A stretch of DNA of 61,492 bases, filler included, from Squatina squatina (taxonomy: Eukaryota), in the NCBI GenBank assembly GCA_031763465.1. It is 4 parts of 4 records of this genome, joined end to end, with 100 filler letters (N's around TTAATTAATTAA, not from the genome) between each part and the next. Parts side by side here need not be neighbours in the genome. Positions count along the whole stretch, not along the records: positions 1 to 15,809 come from JARFOE010000222.1; 3 more parts are not named here. One strand, given 5' to 3'. Below are positions 1 through 12,643 of this stretch, piece by piece. Position 1 is the stretch's first letter. Each line of letters opens with the position of its first letter. The notes below the pieces were generated by a model, which saw nothing but the letters and a program-made list of their open reading frames with translations, made no database searches and was not told the DNA's origin. The translations under genes were made by a program, and so were the position numbers.

Positions 1-41
1 GTTCCATACCAAGCAGGGTGTTTATACACTGCAGCAGCTTA

Positions 42-347
<306 letters not shown>

Positions 348-734
348 TTATGATGAAGCCAGTGAACAAGGCAGAGGAATTCTCCTGATTGGGGCAGCAT
401 CCAGATTTGTATTTCTCAATATGAAACAGCGAGGATAAGGAACCGTGGCTGTGGTTTATTGGTCCTGAAATTCCGGTCGGAAACTTCCCACGAGTGGAGG
501 TCTCCAACCAGAAAGATTTCTACGAACTTACCTTGGGCTCCGGGAGGTACGGAGACTTCGGCTTCTGGAGCTTTCCGGTTGCCCTTATGTAATGGGCCTC
601 GCACCCTATCCACGTACGCGGAGCGCAGATGGAGATAGGATCACGTGGTCGGGCCCAGCCAATCCAGGTCAGTGTATCCCCATTCATGCTAATGATGAAT
701 CCGTACATTTGTAATCATTGTTAATATGAATGGA

Positions 735-1030
735 ATCAGTCTGGTGAACCTTCATTGCACTCCCTCTATGACAAGTATGTCCTTCCTTAGGTAAGGAGAA
801 CAAAACTGTACACAATACTCCAGGTGTGGTCTTACCAAGGCCCGATATAATTGCAGTAAGACTTCTTTACTCTTATACTCCAATCGCTTTGTAATAAAGA
901 CTAACATACCATTTGCTTTCCTAATTGCTTGCTGTACCTGCTTGTTAACTTTCTGTGACATGTGTACAAGAACACCCAGGTTCCTCTGAATACCAACATT
1001 TCCCAATCTCTCACCATTTAAAAAATATTC
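735..1030 (-). mobile_element. CR1-clade LINE ORF2 fragment (post-RT region)
   Basis: Translation ...YKSKEVLLQLYRALVRPHLEYCVQFCSPYLRKDILVIEGVQ is typical of CR1 ORF2. Confidence 0.9.
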
Positions 1031-2009
1031 TCATAGCAAGAAGCTCCAATATTCAATTCAGCACCAACATTTTGAAGTCACTTCATGGCACACCCTTGGC
1101 CTTGGATGTATAAATGGGACAAGCAACTTTATAACACAAGCCTGGCAAATCTTACATGATTTCACCCCACTTGTCTTTTACCCTCATCTCTATTCCAAGG
1201 ACAACTCATTTTTTACATCAAATTGGACAGTTTGCAAGTTTTGTTTTATTTATTTTTTTATTTAATAAACACTTTATTTTACAGCAGGCTTCAGTTCACT
1301 CCTTACTCTCAAAAAAAGAATCCAATTAAACAGCACTGGACATCTCAGAAAATTTCAGCACTGCAGCTTTATTAAGCCTGAAATCTCAAGTCCATTAGTT
1401 ATACTTTTGTAGCTAAACTTATCTTGACCTTGATCCAAGTCAAAAGGCTTTACTCCCCATTACGCTTGCTTCTGCTATCTTGACATCAATCCCTTCTTGG
1501 AACCACTGCTCATTAATCACTGGCCTGAACACGCTGCTTCCGGCTGTTCAGAATGCAGCAGACATGCTTTTAAGTCCAGGTCTCACTCCATTCCAGCTTA
1601 TAAAGAGCCAGTAAACGGCGAAAACCATGTGCTAAAAATGCTGCTACTTCAGAAAATGGCACTTCCCACTCCAAGTGCAACATGCAGAACTACTGCAGCT
1701 GCTCAATTAGAAGCCATACATTGACTTCTTTATTGGAATTTCCACTGGTCATTCCATTTTCCTGTAGTTCATAATGCTCATCTGTTTTAACAGTAACTCT
1801 TTTATAAAACTTTCAGCTCCAACGCTTTCAGTCCTCCTCTTGTGGGTCCAACTTAGACTGGCAGAACTAAAACCCAGAAAGAACATGGCAGGAATATTGT
1901 TAATTTAGTCTTTCATAAAACTGTTTCATGGACACAGCAAGCATTTTGACTAATTCTCACAGTAAACCTCTAAACCAGAGGCTTATATATTCTGAAATAC
2001 AAGTATGTA

Positions 2010-2136
2010 ACTGAGTCATAAAGACCAGGAGGTTCTTGGGATTCATTTAGCTGAACTCAGCCAGGGTAATAGTGGAAACTCTTCAATTGGCCTAGGGAGG
2101 AGAAATGAGCCAAGGGTTCCACTCCAGATTCCTATG
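2010..2136 (+). mobile_element. Degenerate tRNA-derived SINE fragment
   Basis: aggaggttcttggg...ttagctgaactcagccaggg...caattggcc...gggaggagaaatgagcc. Related sequence recurs at about 26410, 29300, 40430-40690 (minus) and 60830-60905 (minus). Confidence 0.45.
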
Positions 2137-2236
2137 NNNNNNNNNNNNNNNNNNNNNNNNNNNNNNNNNNNNNNNNNNNNNNNNNNNNNNNNNNNNNNNN
2201 NNNNNNNNNNNNNNNNNNNNNNNNNNNNNNNNNNNN

Positions 2237-2420
2237 TCCTCATCTTCACTAGCCCCTTGATTCCCTGCCATCTTCTATTGTGAAGACAGATACAAAATAT
2301 TTGTTTAACGTTTCTGCCCTTTCCTTATTCTGCATAACTTCTCTTGCCTCAGCCTCTAAGGGACCAACGTTTACTTTTGCTACTCTCTTCCTTTTTACAT
2401 ACTTGTAGAAGCTCTTACAA
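2237..2420 (-). mobile_element. CR1 LINE ORF2 fragment
   Basis: KSFYKYVKRKRVAKVNVGPLE...AETLNKYFVSVFT; nearly identical sequence recurs at 2978-3050. Confidence 0.9.
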
Positions 2421-2671
2421 GACTCATTCCACCCCATAGTTTATAAGCTGTAATTTTCTAACTTTTTAACTTTGGATATAAGAAAGCGTTTGGGGGAGGG
2501 GGTAATTTTCAACAATAGCGGCGGCACAAACCAGAATGGAATATCGGGGAGGTGGGGGTAAAACGGATGATCAATCCGCTACATCCAGAGTTGAAAAGTG
2601 ACGCTCTTTTGTGTAATGACCAATGTATCAGGACCTCATTACTGAGTCTTACAGTAAATAACTCTTTCCAG

Positions 2672-2798
2672 GTCATAGGAAACGAATCTTATGTTCGGGG
2701 ATGCAGTTTTCGCCATGGATTTTCTCCCGCAATAGGAGTGTTTGGAACGGACGGCCTTAATGTTGATGATAATATCATATACAAGACCCTCGGAGAAG
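2672..2798 (+). CDS. PKHD1L1: Internal exon of fibrocystin-L (PbH1 region)
   Basis: ctttccag|GTCATA...GGAGAAG|gtaatc; 127 bp. Encodes VIGNESYVRGCSFRHGFSPAIGVFGTDGLNVDDNIIYKTLGEG, matching recalled PKHD1L1 SYIRGCAFHHGFSPAIGVFGTDGLDIDDNII. Confidence 0.88.
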
Positions 2799-2967
2799 GT
2801 AATCAGATCCCTGTTACTAAACATAAAGGGGTAGATCTTGAATTTTGTGTGATAGTGTAAGACGAGCNNNNNNNNNNNNNNNNNNNNNNNNNNNNNNNNN
2901 NNNNNNNNNNNNNNNNNNNNNNNNNNNNNNNNNNNNNNNNNNNNNNNNNNNNNNNNNNNNNNNNNNN

Positions 2968-3646
2968 ATTTCTCCTGTCTCAGCCTCTAAGGGATCAAGC
3001 TTACTTTTGCTACTCTCTTCCTTTTTACATACTTGTAGAAGCTCTTACAATCTGTTTTTGTATTTCTTACTCGTTTACTGTCAAATTCTATTTTTTGCCA
3101 TTTTATCAATTTTTTAGTCATCCTTTGCTGGTTTCTAAAGCTGTCCCAATCCTTAGGCTTACTATTATTCTTGCAACATTATAACCTTCTTTTAATCTGA
3201 TACTATCCTTGACTTCTTTAGTTAGCCACAGAGGCATTACTTTTCCTGTGGAATTTTTATTTCTCAATGGACAGTATATTCATTGAGAGTTTTGCTTATC
3301 TACTGTCATACATTTTAATCTAATTTGCTAATCTACCTTAGCCAACTCATCCCTCATATCTATGTAATTGGTTTTATTTAAATTTAAGACTCTATTTTCA
3401 GACTGAGAATTGCACAGAGTTTGAGAATGAAATATTTATCATTGTATGATAAGGATCCTTGAGGATCCTTGACCATGAAATTACTGATTAACCCTGCATC
3501 ATTTCACAATACAAGATCTAAAATAGCCTGTCCCCTGGTTGGTTCCATGAAATATTGTTCTAGGAAACTGTCTTGAGTGATTTTCATGAATTCGTCCTCC
3601 AGACTACCTGTACCAATTTGCTTTGCCCAGTGTGTGTGAAGATTAN
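2968..3646 (-). mobile_element. Decayed CR1 LINE ORF2 fragment (endonuclease C-terminal part and linker)
   Basis: ...QDSFLEQYFMEPTRGQAILDLVL motif at 3504-3640; same family as 2237-2420; frameshifted. Confidence 0.85.
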
Positions 3647-4402
3647 NNNNNNNNNNNNNNNNNNNNNNNNNNNNNNNNNNNNNNNNNNNNNNNNNNNNNN
3701 NNNNNNNNNNNNNNNNNNNNNNNNNNNNNNNNNNNNNNNNNNNNNTTTTTATTTCAGATTCCAGCATCCGGAGTATTTGACTTTTATAATTAGCGTTGTT
3801 TTGTTTTACTTTTCAGTATTTTTCCCTACTCCTGCTGATCTTCCTGATGGAGCTGGTGGCTGGTGTTCTTGCTTGTGTTTATTATCAGCGGGTAAGTTTA
3901 AATCTGATTTTATAAAATGAATATTATCCAAGAGTGTTCGGACTGGGAGAATGGGATGGCGTGATATGTTGGAACCTGGCTGCACTGTGGGCCATTAGCA
4001 ACCAGTTGAAGTCAGCAGACTGTACACAGAGTTCCTGGTCCCAGCTCTGTAACTATGGCGACAGTGCTGGCTTCTTCATAGAAAAAAATCATGATCCAGT
4101 TTCAAAGCAGCCTCAGGAGACCCGGGAGCGGGTTGGCCAGGGCTGGGGCAGGGCGTGCTGAGATTCGAGCAAAGAGCTGCAGGAAAAAATACCTTTCAAA
4201 AGACAGCGTCCGTCTTCAACAAAGAATAAAAAATGAAACCAGGAGTGAGATTTATATGTGGAATTCTCAGGTTAGAACTATGACTGGATAGGAACACTCA
4301 TTCGAAACATCACGGAAACATTNNNNNNNNNNAGCTCGGCTGAATAGTAACTGCTGATTGGTTAGCCTGCTGATCAGTAATGGCTGATCAATAACCCTCT
4401 GA

Positions 4403-4665
4403 TAGAATCATAGAATGTTACAGCACAGTAGGAGGCCATTCAGCCCATCGAAATTGTGCTGACTCTTTCGAAGAGCAATCCAGTCAGTCCCATTCCCCCG
4501 CTCTTTTCCCGTATCCCTGCAATTTTTTCTCCTTCAAGTAATTACCAGTTCCCTTTTGAAAGCCACGATTGAATCTGTATCCACCACCGTATCAGGCAGC
4601 GCATTGCAAATCCTAACCGCTCATTGCGTAAAAGCGTTATTCCTCATGTCACCTCTGGTTCTTTT
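4403..4665 (-). mobile_element. CR1 LINE/SINE 3' tail (elasmobranch type)
   Basis: tagaatcatagaatgttacagcacagtaggaggccattcagcccatcg... is the reverse complement of the tail; the homologous copy on + lies at 6296-6548. Confidence 0.8.
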
Positions 4666-6295
4666 NNNNNNNNNNNNNNNNNNNNNNNNNNNNNNNNNNN
4701 NNNNNNNNNNNNNNNNNNNNNNNNNNNNNNNNNNNNNNNNNNNNNNNNNNNNNNNNNNNNNNNNNCTGCTTGCATTTCTAGAGATATAAGGATGGCTTAT
4801 TATTCATAATTACACACCGCTTTATACTGCAGGTCTGTGCACGATACAGCATGTATTCTGTTGCAATACAGACTTCCTTTATCCGCAATATTTGTGTTGT
4901 TCAGTGGTTTGTGCTTGGGTTATCCTTTGTCATGCTCAATTGAACAAGTTTGAGGTAAAATCTGTTGTGTTGGTGGAGTTAACGACGTCCATAAAGTGCA
5001 GTTCTTCTTTGCAGGGTCATGATTAACTGCACGTAATGCTTCCCAGTAACATGCCTATTCACTAAGTCATAAAACGGCCATGGCTGACAGTTTAAGTTAA
5101 TATTGCTGGAGCTCATGATCTTCGGGCAGCTGCTGTGCCTCGAAACTCCAGCTGCAATGTGTTAATGACGACCTTAGCACCACACAAGAGGCAATCTTCA
5201 TAGTTTATACCGAAATCGGATGTGTGGATTCGAGAGAGATTCTAGTAATCTGAGCAGGCTGTGGGAAAAGGGAGCAAGTGCACTTTATGTTCTCGGGTCC
5301 CAACAGATTTGGTGGGGATGTGACAACTCGAATCTCCTGCCTGTCAAGTGGCTGCCGTATGTTGTGTGTCTATCTTTTGCAGAGCGACTCAGTTGCTGAG
5401 TTCTCTGCAGGCTGTGGCTATATTTGAGCTTGAATGCTCAGAATGTATATCCTGAGCACTGATAGCACTGCAGCAACTTAAACAGTGGGATAGAGTGTGG
5501 CTATTTATAATGCTGTTACTGTCGTATACAAACACGGCACAGGCTTATGGTGTGTGTCAGGACAGCGTTCAGGTGCCTCTGTAATATTGCAGTTACCTGA
5601 AGGACCTTGGGTATCACTGTATTAAATCCGATACGTAGACACTGCGCTGTAAGGCGAATATTGCTGCTCCAAGCACATGGCATCAAGAATGAGAGCAGTT
5701 CTGGTTTAAACTGTTAGAGGCCGATTAGCATTGCAATCCAGGCGTGAAGTCAGACGAATTGGGGCCCCCAGATGTTTAGTATCTAATACATATTTTAAAA
5801 TGTTCCTGCCAACTTGTTTAAAAACTAGGCTTTCCAGTCCAGATCCAAGTATATTTAGTGAACAGTTATCAAATAAAATGACAGAGTACAGAAAGTATTT
5901 CAGAAACGTATACATTACAAACATTTACATATAAATAGACAGTGAAGTTAATCAAGTACAATATTCTTATTTTCACTGAAAATCTAAGTTTAGATAGAAA
6001 ACAAATTAATTTTGTAGATACAGAATAAAAGGTAAAAGGTCCATTGAATTATTATTAAAAAAGTAGAAAAATCGTGAAGGAAGTCAGTTTAATACAATTT
6101 CATAGGTTTAAGCACTTATTGAAGTAGTTTCATAAAACCCAAACCAATTGGAACAGAAGTTTGCCACACACACACCAACAGTAGTAGTACATACTNNNNN
6201 NNNNNNNNNNNNNNNNNNNNNNNNNNNNNNNNNNNNNNNNNNNNNNNNNNNNNNNNNNNNNNNNNNNNNNNNNNNNNNNNNNNNNNNNNNNNNNN

Positions 6296-6548
6296 TGAAG
6301 ATAATCGGCAAAAGAACCAGAGGGGAGATGAGGAGAATGTTTTTACACAGCGAGTTGTTGTGATCTGGAACGTGCTGCCTGAAAGGGCGGTGGAAGCAGA
6401 TTCAATAGCAACTTTCAAAAGGGAATTGGATATATATTTGAAAAGAAAAAATTTGCAGGACTATGGGGAAAGATCAGGGGAGAGGGATTAATTGGATAGG
6501 TCTTCACAGGCTCGATGGGCCGAATGGCTTCCTCCTGTGTTGTATGTG
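6296..6548 (+). mobile_element. CR1 LINE 3' end
   Basis: KIIGKRTRGEMRRMF-type C-terminus followed by ...ggctcgatgggccgaatggcttcctcctgtgttgtatg tail. Confidence 0.8.
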
Positions 6549-7014
6549 ATTAACACTTCCAAGTTTTGGCAATTCTTTGCATAAAGATAAACCTCCTGAC
6601 ACCTAATCTAGTCCTCTGCTTGTACACGCGATCCCCAACCTGTCTAGCTCGAATAGTCTGTCCACACACAGTCTAGACACTTCATCATTTTATACACTTC
6701 CATTAAATCTCCTGAAACCTCCACTATTGATCATTTTCAATTCTAAATGCACTGGTTGATCTGGAAACCACACATGCTGAATCACTCTGATCACCATTCC
6801 ACAAAGGCCCCTTGTTCCCTGCTTCTTAGACTCATTTTCTGTTTCTTGAGCGTTCGACTCCTCCAGCTCCTTGCCATGCGCTGTTCCTACTCAGGCAGAG
6901 ATACCAGGAGAGCGTTAGGGTAACTAGATCAATGCTGGCGGAAATATAAATTCTTGTAAAATACTGACTGTGTGGTTTCTCTCAGCTGAACAGTTCCATT
7001 TTGTTCTATTCCAG

Positions 7015-7086
7015 ATTCTCGGAATGGCTTTCTCTATGACATTGTTCCATCAGATCTCCAGAAGTGGTAAAAAGTACAAAGCGTAA
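7015..7086 (+). CDS. TSPAN9: Last coding exon of tetraspanin-9 (not in ORF track)
   Basis: ttgttctattccag|ATTCTC...AAAGCGTAA. Encodes ILGMAFSMTLFHQISRSGKKYKA*, versus recalled human ILGMAFSMTLFQHIHRTGKKYDA*. Confidence 0.88.
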   Translation: MLGMAFSMTLFHQISRSGKKYKA

Positions 7087-8705
7087 TGTTGGTGTAGGAT
7101 GACGAGTCGCTGTCCTCACGATATTGCGAAGCATTCTTCAGAAACTCAAAGCTTTGCCAGCCAGGCACAATTCTAGTCATCTTCTGCACTTGGAAACCTG
7201 CTCCTTGCACAGTTCGGGAGTGATGATTCCTTACCTTTTGCCAAAGAAATCCAAAGCGCTAAACACAGACAGCTTCTGTGTGGTGACTCACCTGTACTTG
7301 GTGACATCCTTACCAAATGTAGGATTTGCTGCAGCCCTGACCCTGAAATAACCTCTGCCCTTCACCCCCAGCCCGAACCAACGTGTGCAAAGGTTGCAGG
7401 GTGAGTTTAACTCACATCTGNNNNNNNNNNNNNNNNNNNNNNNNNNNNNNNNNNNNNNNNNNNNNNNNNNNNNNNNNNNNNNNNNNNNNNNNNNNNNNNN
7501 NNNNNNNNNNNNNNNNNNNNGGGTGGATTGCAGGAAGACCCAAAAAGCTTGAGGGGAACAACTCAATGGGCAGAGAAACTGGGGAAAATGGTGATCAATC
7601 ACTTTTCCTGCACAAAAAATGCTCTTGCCTCAATTGCACACTGGAAATACACCGAAAGCAGCGAGGACAATTTGCTCCAAAATATCCATTACTTCAACAA
7701 CAAATAGGCAGGGCTATTTTGAGTACTACATGATTACACCAGTATTTCAGTTTTAAAACATTTTAAAAACTTGGGGGCCGACTTCTATCTTACCCGCACA
7801 GCAGGCTGGTAAGAAGTTAAAATCGCCCGGGATACTTACCCACCCTGGAGCAGCCAAGAGCTGAGCGGTTGCGGTTTTAACCTACTCACCTGAGCAGTTG
7901 GACAGGACATCTGTCCAAAGCCGGCAGGTCTTTTTTTTTACATGTGGCCCACTGCGCCTGCAATTTTAACTCAGCGACCTAAGTGGGAAACCAGAGTGAA
8001 TTTCCCACCAGCGAGGAAGAGGATCGGGGCCTGAAGAGGCCCAAAGAATCTTCCTTTTTACTTTCCTTATGGAACCAGGAGGAGCAGGAGCGGACGTGAA
8101 ATCGCTTGGCAGGGTTTAACTGAGGCCTGGGAGTTAATTTACCCCGGGCTTCATTTCTGGAGCACTGGGTGGGCATGGGGTGATCCGACAGCTAGTCAGT
8201 GTCAGGTGCCAACCAATTCTGCCCGGATACAACAGGGGCCCATTGGCGCGGAGTTGCCAGCAGGGCTGCGGTTCAAGTATTTGGCAAGATGAGTTCTAAG
8301 CCATTTCTTCAGCGCTTTTCTTGGTGCTGTACTCTTGGCCCTTTGGTTCCTGAGGCTTGGTGTGAATTGGCCACAGCACCGTGACTGGCGCTCTCTGAAG
8401 ACGGACCGATGGGGGGAAGCAGGAGAGGCGAGGTGAGGTGCTGTACCCAAAGCCAGGGGAGCCATCAAAATATGCCAATGGTTACATTTCCCTCAACTTG
8501 TCCACATCCCTTTAAATTTCACCTACATGTAATTTCCCACATCCATCACTAGTGTGTTCCCTGCACTCGTGCAAATCTGTGCCGCAAACTGAGAGAAAAA
8601 TGGTGATCAGCCGAGTCACAAAAGCTCCACTTGACCATTTCAGGGAGATTAGCACCAACTCTGACCCATTTACATCAGTATCAGAGTGGGAGCCCAGGGC
8701 GTAGG

Positions 8706-8888
8706 CCGAGAGCTCAGCACAGGGCCGAGGGAGCGGCGCGCTGTCCGAGGGGCGGGGCCGAGGGAGTGCAGTCCCGAGGGAGCGCCGCGCCGGCCGAGGG
8801 GCGGTACTGAGGGATCGCCATGCTATCCGAGGGAGCGCCGCGCTGTCCGAGGAGCGGTACTGAGGGAGCGCCGCGCTGTCCGAGGGAG
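8706..8888 (+). repeat. GC-rich minisatellite built from ccgagggagcgccgcgctgt / gcggtactgagggag units
   Basis: About 8 imperfect units anchored on ccgagg; this repeat explains the low-complexity ORFs at 8512-8989. Confidence 0.85.
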
Positions 8889-8993
8889 GTTTGTATTTCC
8901 AGAAGTTCATTAAAAAAACTCTGCCCAAAATATTTGTCCAAGGAGCAATGAAAAGATATAACTCGGCCAAGAGCCACTCTTACAGTCACTTCC

Positions 8994-9105
8994 AGGGATA
9001 TGGGGATGGTGCAGGAAAGTAGAGTTGAGGAAGATCAGCCAGGGTCTCAGTGAATGGTGGAGCAGGCTTGAGGGGCCGAATGGCCGACTCCTGCTCCTAT
9101 TTGTT
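8994..9105 (+). mobile_element. CR1/SINE 3' tail (HER1/HE1 type)
   Basis: gatcagcc...tgaatggtggagcaggcttgaggggccgaatggccgactcctgctcctat; same tail at 27330-27393 and 45915-45982. Confidence 0.8.
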
Positions 9106-9206
9106 ACGTTGCATTTTTAAACCGGAGTCGGTAGGCATGAGAAACAGACTACGTGGTTTAAGAATTGTGATGCAACTCACATACCCACCGGTAAAGCCTT
9201 TCTTAC

Positions 9207-9297
9207 CTGTTACTTCACCATCGTGAGCTTTGAGTGTGTAAAGTGGTTTCTCTGATCGAGCATCCATACAATACACAAAACCATCCTCCGTGCTGGC
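9207..9297 (-). CDS. PWP1: PWP1 (periodic tryptophan protein 1, WD40) internal exon
   Basis: ttttccag|GCCAGC...ACAG|gtaaga; 91 bp. Encodes [31 protein letters not shown], versus recalled human [31 protein letters not shown]. Confidence 0.92.
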
Positions 9298-9530
9298 CTG
9301 GAAAAGCAAGATACAGCACTAACTTCAAACCTAGCGGTGAAGGAGCACGGTAACTGAAGATGAACATTCTTTAATTATTCTGTCTGGCATTCACTCCCAA
9401 ACCACACAAAACGATCAAACTCTTAGCCGCGTAATCCCAACAATCCTATTACTCAACAAAATCACTCCTTCAGAAACTGCGCCACATCGTTGCCCATACA
9501 ATCCTGCCCTGCAACCAGAATAAAGCTCAC

Positions 9531-9642
9531 CAGGAAGTTACACGGTGAAAAATGATTCCACGTCACTCGCTCGACTTCCCCACTGAACCTCCAGCTGCGA
9601 TGGTTCTCCTTCGGGCTCCGGCAGTCGTACAGAATGACTGAC
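9531..9642 (-). CDS. PWP1: PWP1 internal exon, upstream of 9207-9297 across a 233-bp intron
   Basis: ctacag|GTCAGTC...TTCCTG|gtgagc; 112 bp. Encodes [37 protein letters not shown] and splices in phase 0 to the next exon. Confidence 0.92.
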
Positions 9643-9774
9643 CTGTAGATAACCAAGGTGAACACAAACCACTGCAGTCAATACCGGACTAAAGGACGGC
9701 AGGAAAGTTTGAAGGAAGGCTTTGATTATAGCTTCACTGTTTGACAGTCAGGCCCAAACCTGCAGCGAGACCAT

Positions 9775-9849
9775 CCAGGTTAGTCGGGAAGTGGTGTTAG
9801 GTAAATTGAATGGATTAAAGGCAGATAAATCCCCAGGGCCAGATAGCCT
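9775..9849 (+). mobile_element. CR1 ORF2 fragment running into a gap
   Basis: SREVVLGKLNGLKADKSPGPD, the pre-RT KSPGPD motif. Confidence 0.8.
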
Positions 9850-10112
9850 NNNNNNNNNNNNNNNNNNNNNNNNNNNNNNNNNNNNNNNNNNNNNNNNNNN
9901 NNNNNNNNNNNNNNNNNNNNNNNNNNNNNNNNNNNNNNNNNNNNNNNNNCATTCAGGGAGCTTTACCAAATGCATGTTGTTGATGACTGAGAGGTCACAG
10001 AATCCTGGGTGCAAGTGTTGCACTCTCGGCTAAAACATTCCTGTCTCTGCCCCCAACACTATCCCGGCCCCAACACAGAGCACAGAACCTTTTAAGAGAG
10101 GCGAGTGGTTTA

Positions 10113-10271
<159 letters not shown>

Positions 10272-10274
10272 TTA

Positions 10275-10412
<138 letters not shown>

Positions 10413-10664
10413 TCAGAGCGAAATCCAAAGTCACAGAATAAGGCTGTGCAACTGCGAATGTATTTATCAGAGTTTGATGCTGATTCTAAGCTCCTGCAAC
10501 TCTTCAACAGGAACTATCCAATACCATGGTATCAGTTACTCAATTGCTAAGGCTGCCTAACCCTNNNNNNNNNNNNNNNNNNNNNNNNNNNNNNNNNNNN
10601 NNNNNNNNNNNNNNNNNNNNNNNNNNNNNNNNNNNNNNNNNNNNNNNNNNNNNNNNNNNNNNNN

Positions 10665-11140
10665 TTCTGTTAACCTGTCAAAGTCTTCCTGAAGTTTTTG
10701 AGTCCTCTTCTGCAGTTGCCAAACTTACTACTTTTCTGTCACCAGCTAATTTCAAAACTGTGTTCCCTATCCTGAAGCCCAAATCATCCATATTTACCGA
10801 GAACAAAAGTGGACATAGCACTGACCCCTGAGTGAAAGGTATTTCCGCCCTTCTCCAGTCTGAGCAATAGCCAGTTAGCATAAATCTTTGATTCCTATCC
10901 ATCAAGCAACTTTCTCTCCATGCTGCTGCATTTGCGCTTGTATGTTGCAGCTCAATATTTCTAACAAGCCTCTTGTGACACACCTTATTGAACACCTTCT
11001 GAACATTGATATAAACTACATTTACTGCATTCCCCTTACCTATCCAATTGGTCACTTCTTCAAAGTATTCTATTGAATTTGCCCTTAACAAGTCCATGCT
11101 GGCTTGATGAACCCATACATTTCTAAATGTTCACCAATAT
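10665..11140 (-). mobile_element. Decayed CR1 reverse-transcriptase fragment
   Basis: FEEVTNWIGKGNAVNVVYINVQKVFNKVCHKRL...QGSVLCPLLFSVNMDDL...LKLAGD are degenerate RT motifs. Confidence 0.85.
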
Positions 11141-11339
11141 TATCTGTTTTCATTTTGGCATTTTATATTTTCCTGAATTTGGATTTTTTTTAAAAAATAG
11201 GTGTCTTTAGTTGTGAAGAAATTCCATCTTTTTTTCAATCAAAAGTAAAACAAAATGCTTGGAGTTTTCCCATTTTATCTGAAAAAACATCCAAATTACA
11301 CTTCTGTTCTCACAACATTTCACAGATGCAAAAAAGAAC

Positions 11340-11665
11340 AGACTCGGTGCCTTTGTGAGGAAACCCTAGAGAAGTGAGCAAAGGTTTGGTGGAAGAAATA
11401 GGGTTTAAGAAGGCTTTTGAAGGCAGGAGTGAAGTACAGATTGGAGGGAGTTGCATGAGGGTAGGCCTGAGATAGCTGAAAGGCCTGATACTAATGGTAG
11501 AATGGAAGGAATGGGGATTGCACAGAAGGCCAGAGTTAAATAACCAGAGAGCTTCGAAGACAAGGTTGCGGAGGTGGGGGCAGGGATAGTGAGCCTGTGA
11601 ATGGATATGAGGCTGAGGATTTTGAATGCACCGGGGGGCAGGGAGTCATTGGAGGTCGATGAAAA
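11340..11665 (-). mobile_element. L2-type LINE 3' fragment
   Basis: aaggtttggtggaagaaatagggtttaagaaggcttttgaagg...ggagggag...ggcctgagatagctgaaagg; homologous to 57750-58055. Confidence 0.55.
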
Positions 11666-12334
11666 TAATGTGTAAATGGCACTTTGGAAGGAACAAATAA
11701 ACAGTTCCTTTCAGCAAAACAATTTTAGAAGCAATATAATACTTTAAATACAAGATGAGCACTTACAGACCAGGGTTTTCCACTAGCACACCTGCCTGCT
11801 ATGATTTTCCTGTCCTTTCAAATGAATGGAGGAATAAATTGCAGGTGGGCCATAAACACAAGCAACAAACTTTGGCCACAATGCCTTCATGAAGGGTAAT
11901 GGAGTTGATCTCCATTATCAGCTGCTTCCTCATTATTTTCACAATCGTGTATGGGTGAAGGTAGAGTCTATCGGGTGCTGCAAAGATGAAGTGCCCCGGG
12001 AGCCAAACATGGGAATGTGGCACTGAGCATCACTCCAGGACTGCAATGTGCAAACATTTGAGGTTAGTTATCAGGTTTAATCAGGATTAACTTTTAAATC
12101 ATTTGTAACTGTTCGATTCCATGAAATATTTCCCCAAGCCTAAATCTGCCCACTGGATGTTTTATTTTATTAAATTTAATTAAATTTGTATGTAAGTAAC
12201 ATCATTTATAGTTTACTTTTCTTGACCACTTGACCTAGATTAAGTTATGGGCAATTAAATGAAATATCTACCTGTAACAAGTAGTGTAGGCAAAAAGCGG
12301 CAACTCCCACACTTTCCAAATTCCTAAATAAAAC

Positions 12335-12643
12335 ACTCCGTTTAAGTGCACTTCGTTTAACTCCGCTCTGTGCTCAGTGACAGGAAACAGAAAGTAGTGG
12401 TGAATGGTTGTTTTTCGGACTGGAGGAAGGTGGAAGGTACACAGTGGGGTTCCCCAGGGGTCGATACTAAGACCACCGTTTTTCTTGATCGATATTAATG
12501 GTGTGGACTTGGGTGTACAAGGCACTATTTCAAAATTTGCAGACGACAAAAAACTTTTCAGTATAGTGACCAGTGAGGAGGATAGTGATAGACTTCAAGA
12601 AGACATAGACAGGCTGGTGGAATGGACCAACATGTGGCAGATA
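12335..12643 (+). mobile_element. CR1 reverse-transcriptase fragment
   Basis: WKVHSGVPQGSILRPPFFLIDINGVDLGVQGTISKFADDKKL...LQEDIDRLVEW contains the PQG and FADD motifs. Confidence 0.9.

Noticed and set aside
4233-4270. Possible first coding exon MKPGVRFICGIL|gt
   Set aside because: Too short and not recognisable as any neighbouring gene.
8512-8989. Pro/Arg/Ala-rich ORFs
   Set aside because: They are read-through of the GC-rich minisatellite.
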